NCBI RefSeq assembly: GCF_006345805.1
Contig: NC_042999.1
Coordinates: 107,446,001 to 107,510,000, forward strand
DNA length: 64,000 bases
Source of the DNA: Octopus sinensis
Taxonomy: Eukaryota
Direction of reading: 5' to 3'
Shown here: one piece after another, positions 1 to 12,880 of the stretch
Layout of the letters: each line of letters opens with the position of its first letter
Numbering within the stretch: the stretch's first letter is position 1
Notes under the pieces: generated by a model
The model's input: only the letters and a program-made list of their open reading frames with translations
Told to the model about the DNA's origin: nothing
Databases searched by the model: none
Made by a program: the position numbers and the translations under genes

Positions 1-222
1 AAAAACCTGCAAGTGACATTGAGGATTGAAGCAGCACTTGAACATTCATAATAAACAAGCATAAAATGGAGCCAATGCTGAAATGAAACAATGGTGCAAT
101 ATATGTGATCAGCTCTTCAAATGCCTTTCAGAGATCAAAAATTGTTTGAGACCTCACACGAGGAACGAGCAATTACAGGTACATGAAGAGGTCAAGCTTT
201 GCAAAGGGAAGACAGCCATCAA
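1..222 (+). mobile_element. Decayed 3' end of an RTE-clade LINE (C-terminal zinc-finger remnant)
   Basis: Manual translation of about 92-163 gives WCNICDQLFKCLSEIKNCLRPHTR, resembling the C-x2-C...H finger at the end of RTE ORFs; cut by the window edge. Confidence 0.4.
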
Positions 223-1757
223 GTACATATATATGTATGAAAATTGCCCCTAGGCTAGTTATATTTTACTAGTTCATATTTAATGTGATATCCAATAGGA
301 TTCTTACATTTAAAAGTTGAATTTAGAATTAAAAATTTTTAAGTTTCAAATAGCCAACGTAAATAGTAACATACAGTCCTAAAAAGTACTACTTCTAGCC
401 TAGTTTGGCAATAACCAAACACAAGCAGACTAATATCTGGAATGCAATGAATACCAATGTAGAATTGGGATTTTATTATTTTTCCGGGGTTGATGTGATT
501 GACTATACCCCCACCACAAATTCCAGGCCTTGTACCTACAGTAGAAAGGATTATTTTGCTTCAACAAGCTAATGAGACATATACACATGTTTAAATGTTT
601 TTAAAAAATGAGACAAATGCTGTTTTAAAACACTGTAGTTATACAGGAAGAAGTGGAATAAAATTAATTAAACATTTAAATTATGTATAAAAATGACTTA
701 GAGTTTGTTTTTCTTTCTACTGCATTTAAATGAAGAGTATTTGGAATCCCCAAAATTAATTTTTATACAATTTTCTATTTCTGTAAGTGTACACACATAA
801 ATAAATGAGGGGAGAATAAAAATACAGACTTTGATTGGTCATAATTGTTCATCCCATTTCCATTTCTTATATACAATCTCTCTTTTGCTTTCTCTATTAC
901 AAAAATAATATCTTTCTCGATAACTCTACATCCTTCATTATAAGAAAATTCATGATCTTTTATGAGAATGTCACTGATCTTTTATGAGAATAACCCTTTC
1001 GACAGGTATCTGCTCTTATGTAAACTTTTATCTAACCACATTCAACTGTGAACATAAATACATATGTAGCAACAGGTTTCCTTATTTGAACTTTGAACAT
1101 TCAGCTTAAAGTTAAATCCAAATGCTTATAGCATATCTATATTTGATTGTGCTGACCAGAACAAGCTGCACTGTATCCTTGAACTTTATAAAAGCACCTA
1201 CTGACATTTTTCACAACCAATCATTTTGCTGCCAGTTTTGATAGATATTGACAAATGCATTTGATTGACCTAAAATATTTTAAAGAACACTTTCAATATT
1301 TTTAAGCCAGCTTTCCTAAATCCTGAAATGTGTCTCCCTTATTGCAACTGAATGCTTTGTATCTCCAGTCCCATATGAAGATGTCTTTTGACTCTTAACA
1401 TTTTATGGAAAATTCCACCAGCTTTTATTTCACGCACATTTATTTACAAAAATACATAATAAATTGTAAATTATGTACATTTTATTACTTGGTGTTATGA
1501 AACACATTTTTTAACGTATTTCCTTTTTCTTAACTCGTCATTACATCTTTTTAATCAACATTTAAAAGCCTCATAACACTACTGAACATACATTAACTTT
1601 TATGTGTTATTGTGCTCATCACAAATATTAGCATTATAGAGAGATATTTCAAATAGAGGACTCAAAGTATTTCAACAGAATGATAATTCAATGGAGGAAT
1701 ATCTGATAATATATCTACACAATACCAGTTTCAATTTTTGATCTATGCTAGCTAACT

Positions 1758-2016
1758 TTAACTCTTTTGTGAACATATTTCTATTGAAATAAATTGGCTG
1801 TGTGTTTCAATTAATTTTCAAACTATCCAAGAGATGGGATGGATTTCATTTAATAACTAATGTTTACCTTCTAATGTTGATGTTTGAAATGCAATTTAAT
1901 AGAAATATCTTACATAAAATTATGATGAAACATTTCAAAATAAGAACATTTTAAAATGAAAGATATTTTATCTTGGAGTCAGGTGCAGTCTCAACTGAGT
2001 TGGCATCAAAGCAATT
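1758..2016. mobile_element. TTAA-flanked non-autonomous DNA transposon (piggyBac/Kolobok-type MITE), decayed
   Basis: Begins TTAACTCTTTTG and ends CAAAGCAATTAA; about 260 bp, non-coding. Confidence 0.4.
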
Positions 2017-4884
2017 AATGAATGATGTTTGAAAGAGTGCAAGGGAGATTTCACCGAATAATGATGAAATTTGTGTTTTTAGACCTATCTCTACTTTTAT
2101 GAAGAACTCTATTTCGGTATCACTATATCAATTTCTTCTGGTGAAATATTTCATGCTTAAACAGATAATTCAGTAGAATCCATTGTCATTACATCAAGAG
2201 ACTGAGAAAATTAATTGAAAGAATATTTTTTCAAGCAAGTATTTTAAAGACTTTTTGCCTTTTTTTATTTGTCATGTTAAATACAATTCTTGTCCTACAA
2301 AAGTGAAAGACTACTAGTTTTGGTATTAAATCTATTTGCAAAGGACTCACATAAATCAAATTGCAATACAACTGGAGTTATTTGACAACAAATGTGAGAT
2401 TTCACAGACTTTTGCAGTTGTTCTCCATTGACATTTTGTTTAATGATAATCTCATATATTATATTGACTTTTTCCAGAGCTGTTACACTAACTGATGGAT
2501 TATTGTTTAACGAGAAAATGTAACAGTTTTAACACAAGTAATAATGGGTCAAAAATTTAATTTTCTTTCCAACTCTCAATTTGGGAAAATTCTGGTCGCT
2601 ACAAGAGATGCAAGTAAAATTGGTAATTTTCTCAATAATTATTCCCAGAAGACATTGAAGTAATTTCAAATAAACATAAGCTAGCAATTTGGTGAAAATC
2701 TTCTAAGTGAACTTTAGTGTAACTAAATTCCATGGGAAAGAAAAGCTGATAGATTACAAAATCAATATAGCTGGAAATTGCATTTTTACATGAGAATTAA
2801 AAATACATCATTTCTTTGATAATTTATAATACTAAGATACCCGACACTTATAGTAAAACTACTTATGAAGAAAATTAAGTTTGCAATGAGTAAATAATAT
2901 AGAAAACAGGAAATGTTCAAATGTTTTATCCTATGAGGAAATTTTAATCTATTTTAATGTTTCTAATATACATATTTCTATGACTATTTATTAAATAGTT
3001 TATGAGATGATAGACAAACACATTAATGCCATCAACAGGAAATAAGTTAAGAAAAGATGAATTTAAACAATTTATTTTTTATGTTTTATTAGTAGCATAT
3101 TGCTATGTATTGTTCACAGTCAAAAGCGAACGTTATGGATACATGTGTATTGGATAATCTATTATTATAAATGGGATTTGTTGCTCTCTATATAAAGCAC
3201 CTAGTGAATATATCTCACTGTTTTAGCAGAACATTGCTACATAATCTTTTATACTTCATGTTTATAGCAATTGCAAAAAATGTGACTGCGAATGTATTTA
3301 GAATATTAAAAATATATATATTTTTACACCAAACTCTAGTGAGCTTTCTCATTTGTTTGTGGATGGTAACATTGTTACACATGCTTATCTGTTTCTTTTT
3401 TCCAGCAGCTTTAAGGTAAAAGACTTCTATTCGAAGCATTATGTATAAAAAGTAATCCTACTGCTCTATTTACATTTTCCTTCCCTTCTATTTACAGCCA
3501 AAACAATATGAAATTGATCCATTGGTTATGCTTAAAATACAGATTGGTGAACAAATTTATCTTTCTTTTAATATCATAGCAATGGAAATTGCAGTTGGGT
3601 CCATGAAAAGATATTAATACATGAAAATATCTCTACAATTGCCATTTTCTCAATGCTGATAAAGATATATGTCATAGGCCATTTCCAGTAGAATAACTCC
3701 AAAACCCAATATTTTACTGAAAACATATCATCAATAACAACAAGAAAACTATTAATTTATCCACCACAATTATTACATGTATCAGAATAAATATTAATAT
3801 ATCAGATTCTAAGAAGTTTGTCTAGTGCCTTTAGGTAACAGAAAGAACTTTGACTTTAGACACTTCTTTTTAATATCATTGTAACCATGAAAATAGAAAC
3901 ATGTGATTAAATCTCAATTTCTTTCGTAACTCAAGCAAATTAATAATAATACATCACACTTTTACCATTTATTGGCACATGATATTGTTAAAATTAAATT
4001 TTTCATCCAAAAGAAAAAAAAACTGAAGAATTTGAAGAAAGATATTTTAAGAATATTAGAATTAAATATTATAACAAAAATGTTCAAGTATGTTTTTCCA
4101 TAATAATGTTGATTTCTTTTTCAGCAGACACAACAATAAACCTAGTATATGTGAATATTTACTTATTGCTTAACTTCAGATCAGCTCTGGTTATGCAGAT
4201 GTACAAACTAAAACATTTCTCTTATAACCATTCTATCTATTTATTTCAGATATAGTGTATCTAAGACTACATTATCAATTGTCATTTTCCTTTGTTTTTA
4301 TGACAGCAGGGTGGTGTTTTGTAGGTAATTTGGTTGCCGTTTTTAGTTAGGTATATAAATTAGTTTGTACGTGCAAAGTTCATTGAATTGATTACATTAT
4401 ATTGTTGGTTGGTTCTTTTAACAATACAGAGTAAACTAAAGCAAAGTTAATCCCAGTTGGATTTCATTATAATGACAAAATAAAAGCTATCAAGCACTTA
4501 GTATAATTAATGTTAACATATTTCCTGCTGCAGGCATCAAAAATCTAATTAGAAACACTAATGTTGTGAAGAAAAGACATTAGCTCAATGACTAATATTA
4601 TTTTAATAATTTAGACAAGTACTAGCGACAACTCCAGAAAATTTTTGGTTTTATTGCATGTAAATATTAGCTCTGTGGCTAAAAGATTTGCTTTTCATCT
4701 ATATCAGTTCAGTTTCAATCTCACTATTCTGTATACTGGACAGGTGTCATTTTTATTGCAGTCCCAGACTAACCAGTATTGTATGACTGAATAAGGTAAA
4801 CAGAAACTATATGAAGCCCGTTATATATGTATGTTGTATGTATGAGTGTGTGTGCAAATAAATAAATGTGTGTGTGTATATATA

Positions 4885-5072
4885 TAATCATCATCATCAT
4901 CAACATCATCGTTTAACATCCGCTTTCCATGATAACATGGGTTGGATGATTTGACTGAGGTCTGGTGAACCAGATGGCTGCACCAGACTCCAATCTGATC
5001 TGGCAGAGTTTCTACAACCGAGTGCCCTTCCTATCGCCAACCATTCCGAGAGTGTTGTGGGTGCTTTTATTG
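4885..5072 (-). mobile_element. Repeat family B (SINE-like, (GAT)n tail), partial
   Basis: (CAT)n-CGTTTAACATCCGCTTTCCATG...GCCCTTCCTATCGCCAACCA matches copies at 37721, 44537, 56960 and 62151. Confidence 0.85.
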
Positions 5073-5124
5073 GATTTAACATTCTCTATCTTAGTCATCC
5101 ACATTCATTCTTATCTTCATACAT

Positions 5125-5179
<55 letters not shown>

Positions 5180-5439
5180 ATATGAATGCTTTATCGTGAG
5201 AGATGATAGCCATCCCATCAGCACACACACCACACCCCATCACACAGTACAATCACTCCCTTGAGCCCTTAGATGACTCTTAAGACCAGCTGCTGACTGA
5301 GAGGGCTTAAAACACAAGAGACAGATATTATTTAAGATTCATCTATATCTTTGCTCTTTGGAATCTGATTCTGAAGGAATGTTTTTGTGAACTAGCATAT
5401 GTCTTTTAAGTCCAGATATTGTCTTACAAGATTTTTTAT

Positions 5440-5700
5440 ATATGACACAAGTTTGCCAAAGTGTCTTTTTTTTATGGTGGGCTCAAGTCTGGTAAGTGAC
5501 CACAACAAAAGCCAAGGAAAAGGTATAAAGACTGTGAAGAAAAACCTGAAGAAACTAGATATGAACAAAAGTGATTGGGAAAATGACACTCAAGATCGGA
5601 ACAAGTGGAGAGATGCTGTTAGGACTGGTTGTAATGCCTAGGAGGAAACGATGATACAGCACTCTGAACTTAAAAAGACCTGTTGTGAAGGAAAAATTAC
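5440..5700 (+). mobile_element. RTE/BovB-like LINE ORF C-terminal fragment
   Basis: Across frameshifts reads SLPKCLF.YGGLKSGK*PQQKPRKRYKD.VKKNLKKLDMNKSDWENDTQDRNKWRDAVRTG, matching the RTE motif LPKxxLYGEL..G.R..G.P.KRYKD...WE..A.DR..WR. Confidence 0.8.
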
Positions 5701-5837
5701 AACTCTAATCAACAGTGAACATTGGGTATGTATTATGTATATATATATATATATATAAACACTTTTACTTGTTTTAGTCATTTGACTGCAGTCATGCTAG
5801 AACACTACCTTGATAAATATATATTTGCATGTGTGTG

Positions 5838-5874
<37 letters not shown>

Positions 5875-5875
<1 letters not shown>

Positions 5876-6240
5876 TCTAAGGTTCTGGTAGAGTGTAAAG
5901 TTAGGGTATTTCCAGAGAAGCACTCAACCTGAATACTGGGCTATCAAAACTGTCAGGTTCCAGGCCAGTGCTGGAATTCCTCAGGAGTAGAGAATCCAAG
6001 TTTCACAGAGATGACACCATGAGGTAGGTTTGGCAAAGAGCAAATAAATCCAAATGATAAGAAGAAGGTAACAGAAAATTCTTTAACACATTTTTAATGA
6101 TTCATTACAGTTGTTTCTGTACCAACTTTACTTGCAATGCCAGTTCATACAAAAATTTACGATTTTAGATATTAGAGAGGCACTTAATCAGACTTGCATC
6201 AAATGTATGCTGTCACATTGTGCATCTTCCAGACCTTGTT
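5875..6240 (+). repeat. Old dispersed repeat (family E), homologous to about 43695-44070
   Basis: TAAGGTTCTGGTAGAGTG..GGTATTTCC..TCAACCTGA..TCAGACTTGCATCAAA..TGTGCATCT is collinear with the 43.7-44.1 kb copy. Confidence 0.65.
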
Positions 6241-7399
6241 TATATATATTCTATACTTTGTATGAAAAGATGCTTTGCTACAAATGGGGAAATTTGTTGA
6301 CATTCCCCGTCAACAAATCCTCAGCAGTCCTGTGGAAAAAAAAATACCTTAATTGAAAAGAGTTAAGGGTCAGCAACAGGAAGGGCATCCAACTGTAAAA
6401 TAATATTTCAGTACTTACTGTACATTTGTTTAACTCATGCTAGCATGGAAAAATGGATATTACCTTTAGGTAAGTGAATGGTCTTTGACATAAGATGACA
6501 CTATATTTTAAAATTAGGAACATGAAATGAAATTTTTGTTTCTTTTACTCAGTAATACATAGGTTTCTCCAAACATACTGAATCAGTGATGAGAAAATTA
6601 ATGTGCTGTTGTATAATATTGCATGAAAAATTAGAATATGTTGAAACAATAAATCATTGAAGTTAATTTCTCAGGAATGCTATTTATCTGAAAAACAACA
6701 TTTAGGTTTGTGTTACTATATTTAATATAGTTGGCATTAAAAATATAACTGAAAATACTTATGAACTAAAGAAAAGGTATCATTAAATATGCAACAAATA
6801 TTATTAAAATCATTCTTGCAATTATGTGAGATAATTCTGGATATGTTTCAGTTTTATTAGACCTCTTCAGTGAAGCATAAACGTCATCGTATTTGCCACA
6901 GTAATGATGAAAAAAATCAATAAATAGTGGTACATTATTGTTTAGCACTCTACTATTTATTTATGACATCCTCAAGATAATATCTAACTGAATAAAAAAA
7001 AAAGAGAAAATGATTGAAAGATACAAAGAAAAACAATACAATTGCATTGGAAAATAAAACATTTAGCTTTTTGCAGGGGGATATTATGATAACAGATAAC
7101 AAGTTAACTCTATAACAACTATTGTTAATCATTCTTGGTGCTTCAGATATTATGCTCTTATGGGAAGAAAACAATAAATCTGAAAGCTTGGATAAAGCCC
7201 TAAGGATTCTTTGCATGTAAACAATATTATTGCATGCAAGAAATTGTAATATCTGGCAATTATTTCAAAATAATTGACATGTGAATAATATATGTACATG
7301 TATGTCAGAAAATTTGATATTTTAACATCAAACTATTTCTTTTTCTTGAATAAGCTGGAAAAGATAATTAGATAGTATTTTTCTACATACTGACAATTT

Positions 7400-7830
7400 A
7401 AATGTTATAAGGTTAAATCTATTTTCCCAACACAATGTGTTACCAAAGACGAGACCACCTTAAAAATATTTGTTTAAAGATAAAACAAATGAAAAGCATA
7501 AAAGAACATTTATGCATTATAATGTATTGTAAGAATAGACCTAAGAAATGTTGGTTAATAGTTGTACTGTTACAAGTCAGCCCTATGAGAGAAAGAAAAG
7601 GAACCAGCTGTTGGAAAGCTGCAAATACACAGACCTCATGGCTGGTTTGTTTGCAGCTAACCTCAGTATCCTATATTGGATAAATCAGGTCTTGCAGCAA
7701 TATTTTGCAATATCTGTGGTTATGTTAGTGCTGGTACCTTTGAGCTATAATTTTTCAAAAGTACAATGAATCACGAAAGAAGTTGCTTCATTATATCTGA
7801 AAACAAATCTTTTTCCACTATGGCATCATA
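7400..7830 (+). mobile_element. Possible decayed hAT transposase C-terminal (dimerisation) region
   Basis: Fragmentary SCWKAAN...YPIL...FEL*FFKSTMNHERSCF, loosely like W..YPxL..A..ERxFS..RSxL; many disablements. Confidence 0.3.
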
Positions 7831-7962
7831 CTTAATTACCAGTGATAACTAAATAGAATGACAACACATATAAAATATAAATTAAGCTGAAGTAAACACA
7901 ATTAATAGTTGTAAACAAATTATCTTTTATAGAATATCTCTTGTGGTCTCAGAAAATAAACA

Positions 7963-8010
7963 TCAGTTGGTCTGGTATCGATCCTATATTGGGATCTCAT
8001 CAGGATCTGA
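7963..8010 (-). ncRNA. Decayed Penelope-type minimal hammerhead ribozyme
   Basis: Minus strand: TCAGATC-CTGATGA-GATCC caatata GGATC-GATA-CCAGAC-CAACTGA. Intact CUGAUGA and perfect 5-bp stem II; GAAA mutated to GATA; stems I and III partly broken. Confidence 0.5.
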
Positions 8011-8468
8011 ACACATGTATAACTCTTTATGAAGACATTCCATTTGTAGCCATTACAATTAAGAACATCTCTAAATTGGATAAACAATTTATATAAGAAA
8101 TGCATTCTTGGCAGCTAGTTCCATTAATTCACAGCTGATGCAATCTTTTGTTTTGATGTTTTAATGTTTTATAGAATAAATCTAAGGTTTTAACTCTACA
8201 TAGTTTTATAAATTAAACTGAATTAAAAACATTGGAGAGGTAGAAAGAGCAACTAGCCAGCCCAGTTTTGACCCTTAACAAGGATCAGATTTAAAACCCT
8301 GGACACCTACATGTAGTTGTGCACATGAATATTGAATATATATATTCAAGGGAATACCCAAAAGTAATGGGAAATGTTCTCTGTGGGACAAGCCCGTTGT
8401 AGTTCAGGCTTCCACCACTAGAAACAACTTTATGCAACCCTCAAGTATTAAAATCATGGTGATGAGAG

Positions 8469-8552
8469 TATGTATGTACGTATGTATGTATGTATGTATG
8501 TATGTATGTATGTATGTATGTATGTATGTATGTATGTATGTATGTATGTATG
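8469..8552. repeat. (TATG)n microsatellite
   Basis: Directly visible tandem array. Confidence 0.95.
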
Positions 8553-8744
8553 AATGTGTGTATGTATTCTCTTTCTCTTTTTAATTTAGAGTGAATTTTG
8601 GCTGACCACCTCCTCAGTAGCAAGGTTGTGAATGAAAGCATCTTTTTTTAACCATCATCCTTCAAATCTTAAGGAAGTTTTGCAGATTGTTATAGTCCCA
8701 GATATCATGTTCATTTGTAGCATTTTAATGTACACATTTTAACT

Positions 8745-9831
8745 TTTATCCCCTACTTGTTTCAATTAGTAGATTGTGGTCATGCTGGGGCACCACCTTA
8801 AATAATTTTTAGTTTAATGAATCTACTCCAGTAATTTTTTTAAAGCCTGGTGCTTATTTTTTGTTCTCTCACACTGACTTGGTAAGTTATGGGAACACAA
8901 ATACACTAATGCTGTTTGTCAAATCATTGGCGAAGGACAAACACAGACACAAAGATACACACACGTATATATATATATACAAGTAAAGAAATAAGATGAA
9001 AAAACATAGATTTGTTTTATGAGACTAAAGAAGAGACTTAAATTGTCATGATAAAAGTATTATACAATATTATACAAAATAAAAATTTTCCCTCTAATAA
9101 AATGACTGGTTTCGCTGAACCCTTTCAAATTTCGAGTGTTAGATGCAATTCGAAATAAGAAATTTTGTTTGTTAGGATGTGATAATTGGTAACCAAGGTA
9201 TTTTTCAGTAAAAGGAGAGATAAATCTGTAATTTTCAATATAAATTTATATTCAGTTCTGGCTTATATTTTTCAATAAATGAGGCCTCTTCATTTTATCG
9301 TACTTGTGTTGAGGTCCAAACATCACATTGATATAATAGGAAGATTAGGAATATTGATATAACAGGAAGATTAGGAATTGTGGTTGCAGTCGTTCTGCAC
9401 ATCTGTCAATGTGCTCACTGAGATGTATCTGGCGATATTGTGGTGAAGAGATCTGTTATCTGTGAACTGTACATCTATGTCTAAGGGACTTTTCAGTGGA
9501 ACCTATATAGTTTATATAACAACCCGAGCATCTTATGACATAAATGATGTTTTCAGAGGCGCAAGTGAAATTGGATTTAATTTTGAATGTTTGTTCTTGT
9601 TTAAAATGGAATTCAGATCCTTCCAAAAGATTAGGACATGTTCTGCAGTTAGGTCAACCACATTATTTTACTCTAGCGTATATATACGACAGGTTTTTTT
9701 CAGTTTCCCTCTATCAAGTCCACTTACAAGGTTTTAGTTGGCCCAAGGCTTTAGTAAAAGACACTAGTAGAAGACTGGACCTGGAACCATATAGTTTGGA
9801 AGCAAACTTCTTTCCACACACCCACTCTGGC
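8745..9831 (-). mobile_element. Old SINE family A copy split at its internal (TA)n by a Penelope-like insertion
   Basis: 3' half at about 8745-8980 and 5' half at about 9677-9831 join into one family A copy; CGTATATATA is present at both junctions. Confidence 0.75.
8981..9676 (-). mobile_element. 5'-truncated Penelope-like element: GIY-YIG endonuclease pseudogene plus 3' non-coding (pLTR-like) segment
   Basis: Minus-strand translation G*PNCRTCPNLLEGSEFHFKQEQTFKIKSNFTCASENIIYVIRCSGCYINYIGSTEKSLRHRCTVHR*QISSPQYRQIHLSEHID...EEASFIEKYKPELN shows the PLE Cys-rich linker and IIY...YIG (GIY-YIG) signature. Confidence 0.9.
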
Positions 9832-10355
9832 TTTCTAAAAAGATTTAACTAATGGAGTGAGTATTTTTGATCCCTTCTTAAAACTTGAATTCAGTCATGT
9901 GACTCCAGAGTTTTCTTGACTATTTCACACATAGAACAAAAAAAAGAAATGAACAATTTGTGTATGTGCATGTGTGTGTGTTTGTGATTAAAAAGTAAAA
10001 TTTTCGTCTAATCGTTCATGTCAATGCTTTAAAATTTAATTTTAAATATTTAAAGTTATTTAAGAAAGGTTACATAAAAAAGTAAACTAACACTTAAATT
10101 ATCTATTAGCATAAAGCTCCGATTCATTTAAAAAGATTATAACCAGGTAGAATTTCTCATGCTCTTAATCACAACTCCACCACCACCACCACCACCACCG
10201 CCAGGATGGCAAAAGGGTCAATTAGTTCAGTTTTCTCTCTACTTTCCCCAACTTTGAAATAGACAAGAAGAATATTATCATTCTCGGAAAAGAGAAATCA
10301 AAGCTTAAACTGAAGTGGGCAGCAAGGAATGTCATTGTTATTTTAATTGGAAGTA

Positions 10356-11274
10356 CAGTAATCCCTCACCATATTGTGGTTAAACTATCATGCACTCAGC
10401 ACATCATGGTTCACCTATTGCTTACTCAGTACATCATCATAGATTTTTCTGGCTAATATATGTAAATTTATATCGCCAACTTCTCAATAAGTTGTGGGTT
10501 TCTGTGGCTGATAGGTTTTTTACTATTTTAATTGTTTCAGTCATGTGACTGTGGCCATGCTAGAGCACCGCCTTAAGTCGAGCAAATTGACCCCAGGATT
10601 TATTCTTTGTAAGCCTAGTACTTATTCTATTGGGCTCTTTTGCTGAACCACTAAGTTACGGGATGTAAACACACCAGCATCGATTGTCAAGCGATGTTGG
10701 CGGGACAAACACAGACACAAATACACACACACATATATATACATATATTCTCCGGGCTTCTTTCAGTTTCCGTCTACCAAATCCACTCACAAGGCTTTGG
10801 TCAGCCTGAGGCTGTAGTAGAAGACACCTGCCCAAGGTACCATGCAGTGAGACTGAACCCGGAACCATGTGGTTCATAAGCAACCTACTTACCACACAGC
10901 CACTCCTACACCTATTTATATATTTTTAGTTCTTAATTATTTTTGTGGTAAAATAAGTATTTTCACACCTAAAAATTAACAAATTTATAAATAAAAATAG
11001 AGTACAGTACCTCACTGTATAACATTAATTAAAATATATTAAAAGAAAATACATTGTGTACTGTAGATGAGTAAACAAAGAATCACACATACTATATGGA
11101 AAACAAAACTTGGGAAGTGAGTGCATGGTATTGTTTTACATTTATAATAAAATGACTATATACAAATTATAAAAACGATTTTTAAAATATATACAGTACA
11201 GTACTGTTTCTACTTCGTGGATTTTCACCTATAGGTTTTGGAGCATAAAACCTGCGATATTCAAGGGATTACTG
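10356..11274. mobile_element. pogo/Tigger-like non-autonomous DNA transposon
   Basis: Terminal inverted repeats CAGTAATCCCT (10356) and AGGGATTACTG (ending 11274) with TA on both sides; contains a SINE insertion. Confidence 0.85.
10517..10912 (-). mobile_element. SINE family A (tRNA-like head, CORE-like CCTTGGGCAAGT segment, internal microsatellite, (GTAAAAGA)n tail)
   Basis: Reverse complement of the about 400-bp unit at 12484, 14048, 20163, 20858, 23227 and 57562. Confidence 0.92.
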
Positions 11275-12149
11275 TATTATGAATAGTCAGAGTGAATGAC
11301 GAGATGACCCATTCTGAACAAATTTTTCTGCTTCCCATGTCTATTAGTTTGCCAATAAAAGAACATGTTTTCTCAACTTTGAATTGATATTGAAAACGAA
11401 TATCACTTTCAAATGAGATTCAAAACGAAATCATTTAAGTGTGTAGCTCTTACAAGTGAAATTGTAATTAAGCCAATGATTGAAAAACAAACAGTATTTA
11501 TTGCTGTTATATTTGATGAGACTACAAACCTTCGAATGAAATCTTAATTGTCACATGTTTTGCAATTTGCTGATGAGAAGGAAAGGCTTGAAGAAAGGTT
11601 TAGGGGATAAGTCAATGTCAATAAAGACAGAAAACCTGCATCACTGACAGCAGTTGTACATCGTTATACACATTAACTTAATTTGGTACTCTCTCAATCA
11701 GCTTCAAGAGTTCATGAATGTCAAATTTTCTTCGTAATTTTAAAAGGAATTTCGACTTTTTCCTGAAAGTTGACAGCTTGAATAGTCCCTACTGGATGAA
11801 ATTGCTGGAAGATGATTTTAAAGTTATATGTACGATACTTATTTGTTACTGACTACTTCAAAATGGTGCATCAAGGTGGGAGGAACTATTTTCATTTTCA
11901 GACTCCCCATACTTCAAAGCATATAATACTACACTTTTCACAGAATACAGAGGAGGCTGAAATACTCAGAAATCGCCCCAAAAACCTCAGTAGGTGGAGG
12001 GATTGCATGCCTTAGTTTCCTAGTCGCCCTTCACCACTGATTTGTTTCCACCTTTTCACATTGTTTACCTCTGAACCAACATTACTTTTCTTCTTACCAA
12101 GTTTGATAGAACAAGCACCAGATAATAAACTCATATTAAATTTTGGCTA

Positions 12150-12318
12150 ATTGATTCCATCAATCTCAGTGTTCAGCTGGTACTTGTTTTATCTCCCCCA
12201 AAAGAATGAAAGGCAAAGTTGATCTCAGCAGAGTTTGAACTCAGAACATAAAGACAGACAAAATGCTGCTAAGCATTTTTGTCTGGCATGTTAATGATTC
12301 TGCCAGCTTACCACCTTA
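12150..12318 (-). mobile_element. SINE family C (tRNA-derived)
   Basis: GAAAGGCAAAGTTGATCTCAGCAGAGTTTGAACTCAGAAC...CTGCCAGCT shared with copies at 17270, 30493, 35715, 36590 and 41405. Confidence 0.85.
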
Positions 12319-12483
12319 GTAGCAGACATTAAATTAGAATTGATAAAATATAATAAAAACCCTTGAAGGTGATGGCTTTAGCATGGGCACAGACTATTGA
12401 TTGAAACCAGTAAAAGAAGAGAGGAATAAATAAAAAATGTTTTTAGCTTCTTCTGTAAGATGTGTGATTTTTTTTTTTGTACT

Positions 12484-12880
12484 GCGTAGGAGTGGCTGTG
12501 TGGTAAGTAGCTTGCTTACCAACCACATGGTTCCAGGTTCAGTCTCACTGCAGGGTACCTTGGGCAAGTGTCTTCTACTACAGCCTCAGGCCGACCAAAG
12601 CCTTATGAGTGGATTTGGTAGAGGGAAACTGAAAGAGGCCCGTCGTATATGTGTATGTGTGTGTGTGTATATGTTTGTCTCCCCAACATCACTTGACAAC
12701 TGATGCTGGTGTGTTTACATCCCCATAACTTAGTGGTTTAGCAAAAAAGACTGATAGAATAAGTACTAGGCTTACAAAGAATAAGTCCTGGGGTCGATTT
12801 GCTCGACTAAAGGTGGTGCTCCAGCATGGCCGCAGTCAAATGACTGAAACAATTAAAAGAGTAAAAATGAATAAAAGAGT
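12484..12880 (+). mobile_element. SINE family A, full length
   Basis: GCGTAGGAGTGGCTGTGTGGTAAG (A-box-like), GGTTCAGTCTC (B-box-like), internal (TG)n, tail GACTGAAACAATTAAAAGAG. Confidence 0.92.

Larger units (their letters stand above)
10200..12039 (+). mobile_element. Decayed hAT transposon (ZMYM1/DUF4371-like transposase), interrupted by a pogo/Tigger-like MITE
   Basis: NKFFCFPCLL (TTF-type finger) near 11320; SNEIQNEII; FIAVIFDETTN; LEERFRG; VHRYTH*LNLVLSQ...CQIFF; ends CCACTG like a hAT terminus. Confidence 0.75.

Noticed and set aside
1000-2900. Stretches that look like decayed coding sequence
   Set aside because: No recognisable protein motif recovered by manual translation
6835-6875. 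Minus-strand CTGAAGA-GGT..ACT-GAAACATATC hammerhead candidate
   Set aside because: Weak stem II and no convincing stem I; CTGANGA occurs often by chance in 64 kb
8587-8620. Minus-strand CTGAGGA-GGTGGTCAGCC-AAAA candidate
   Set aside because: GAAA absent and stems I and III unsupported
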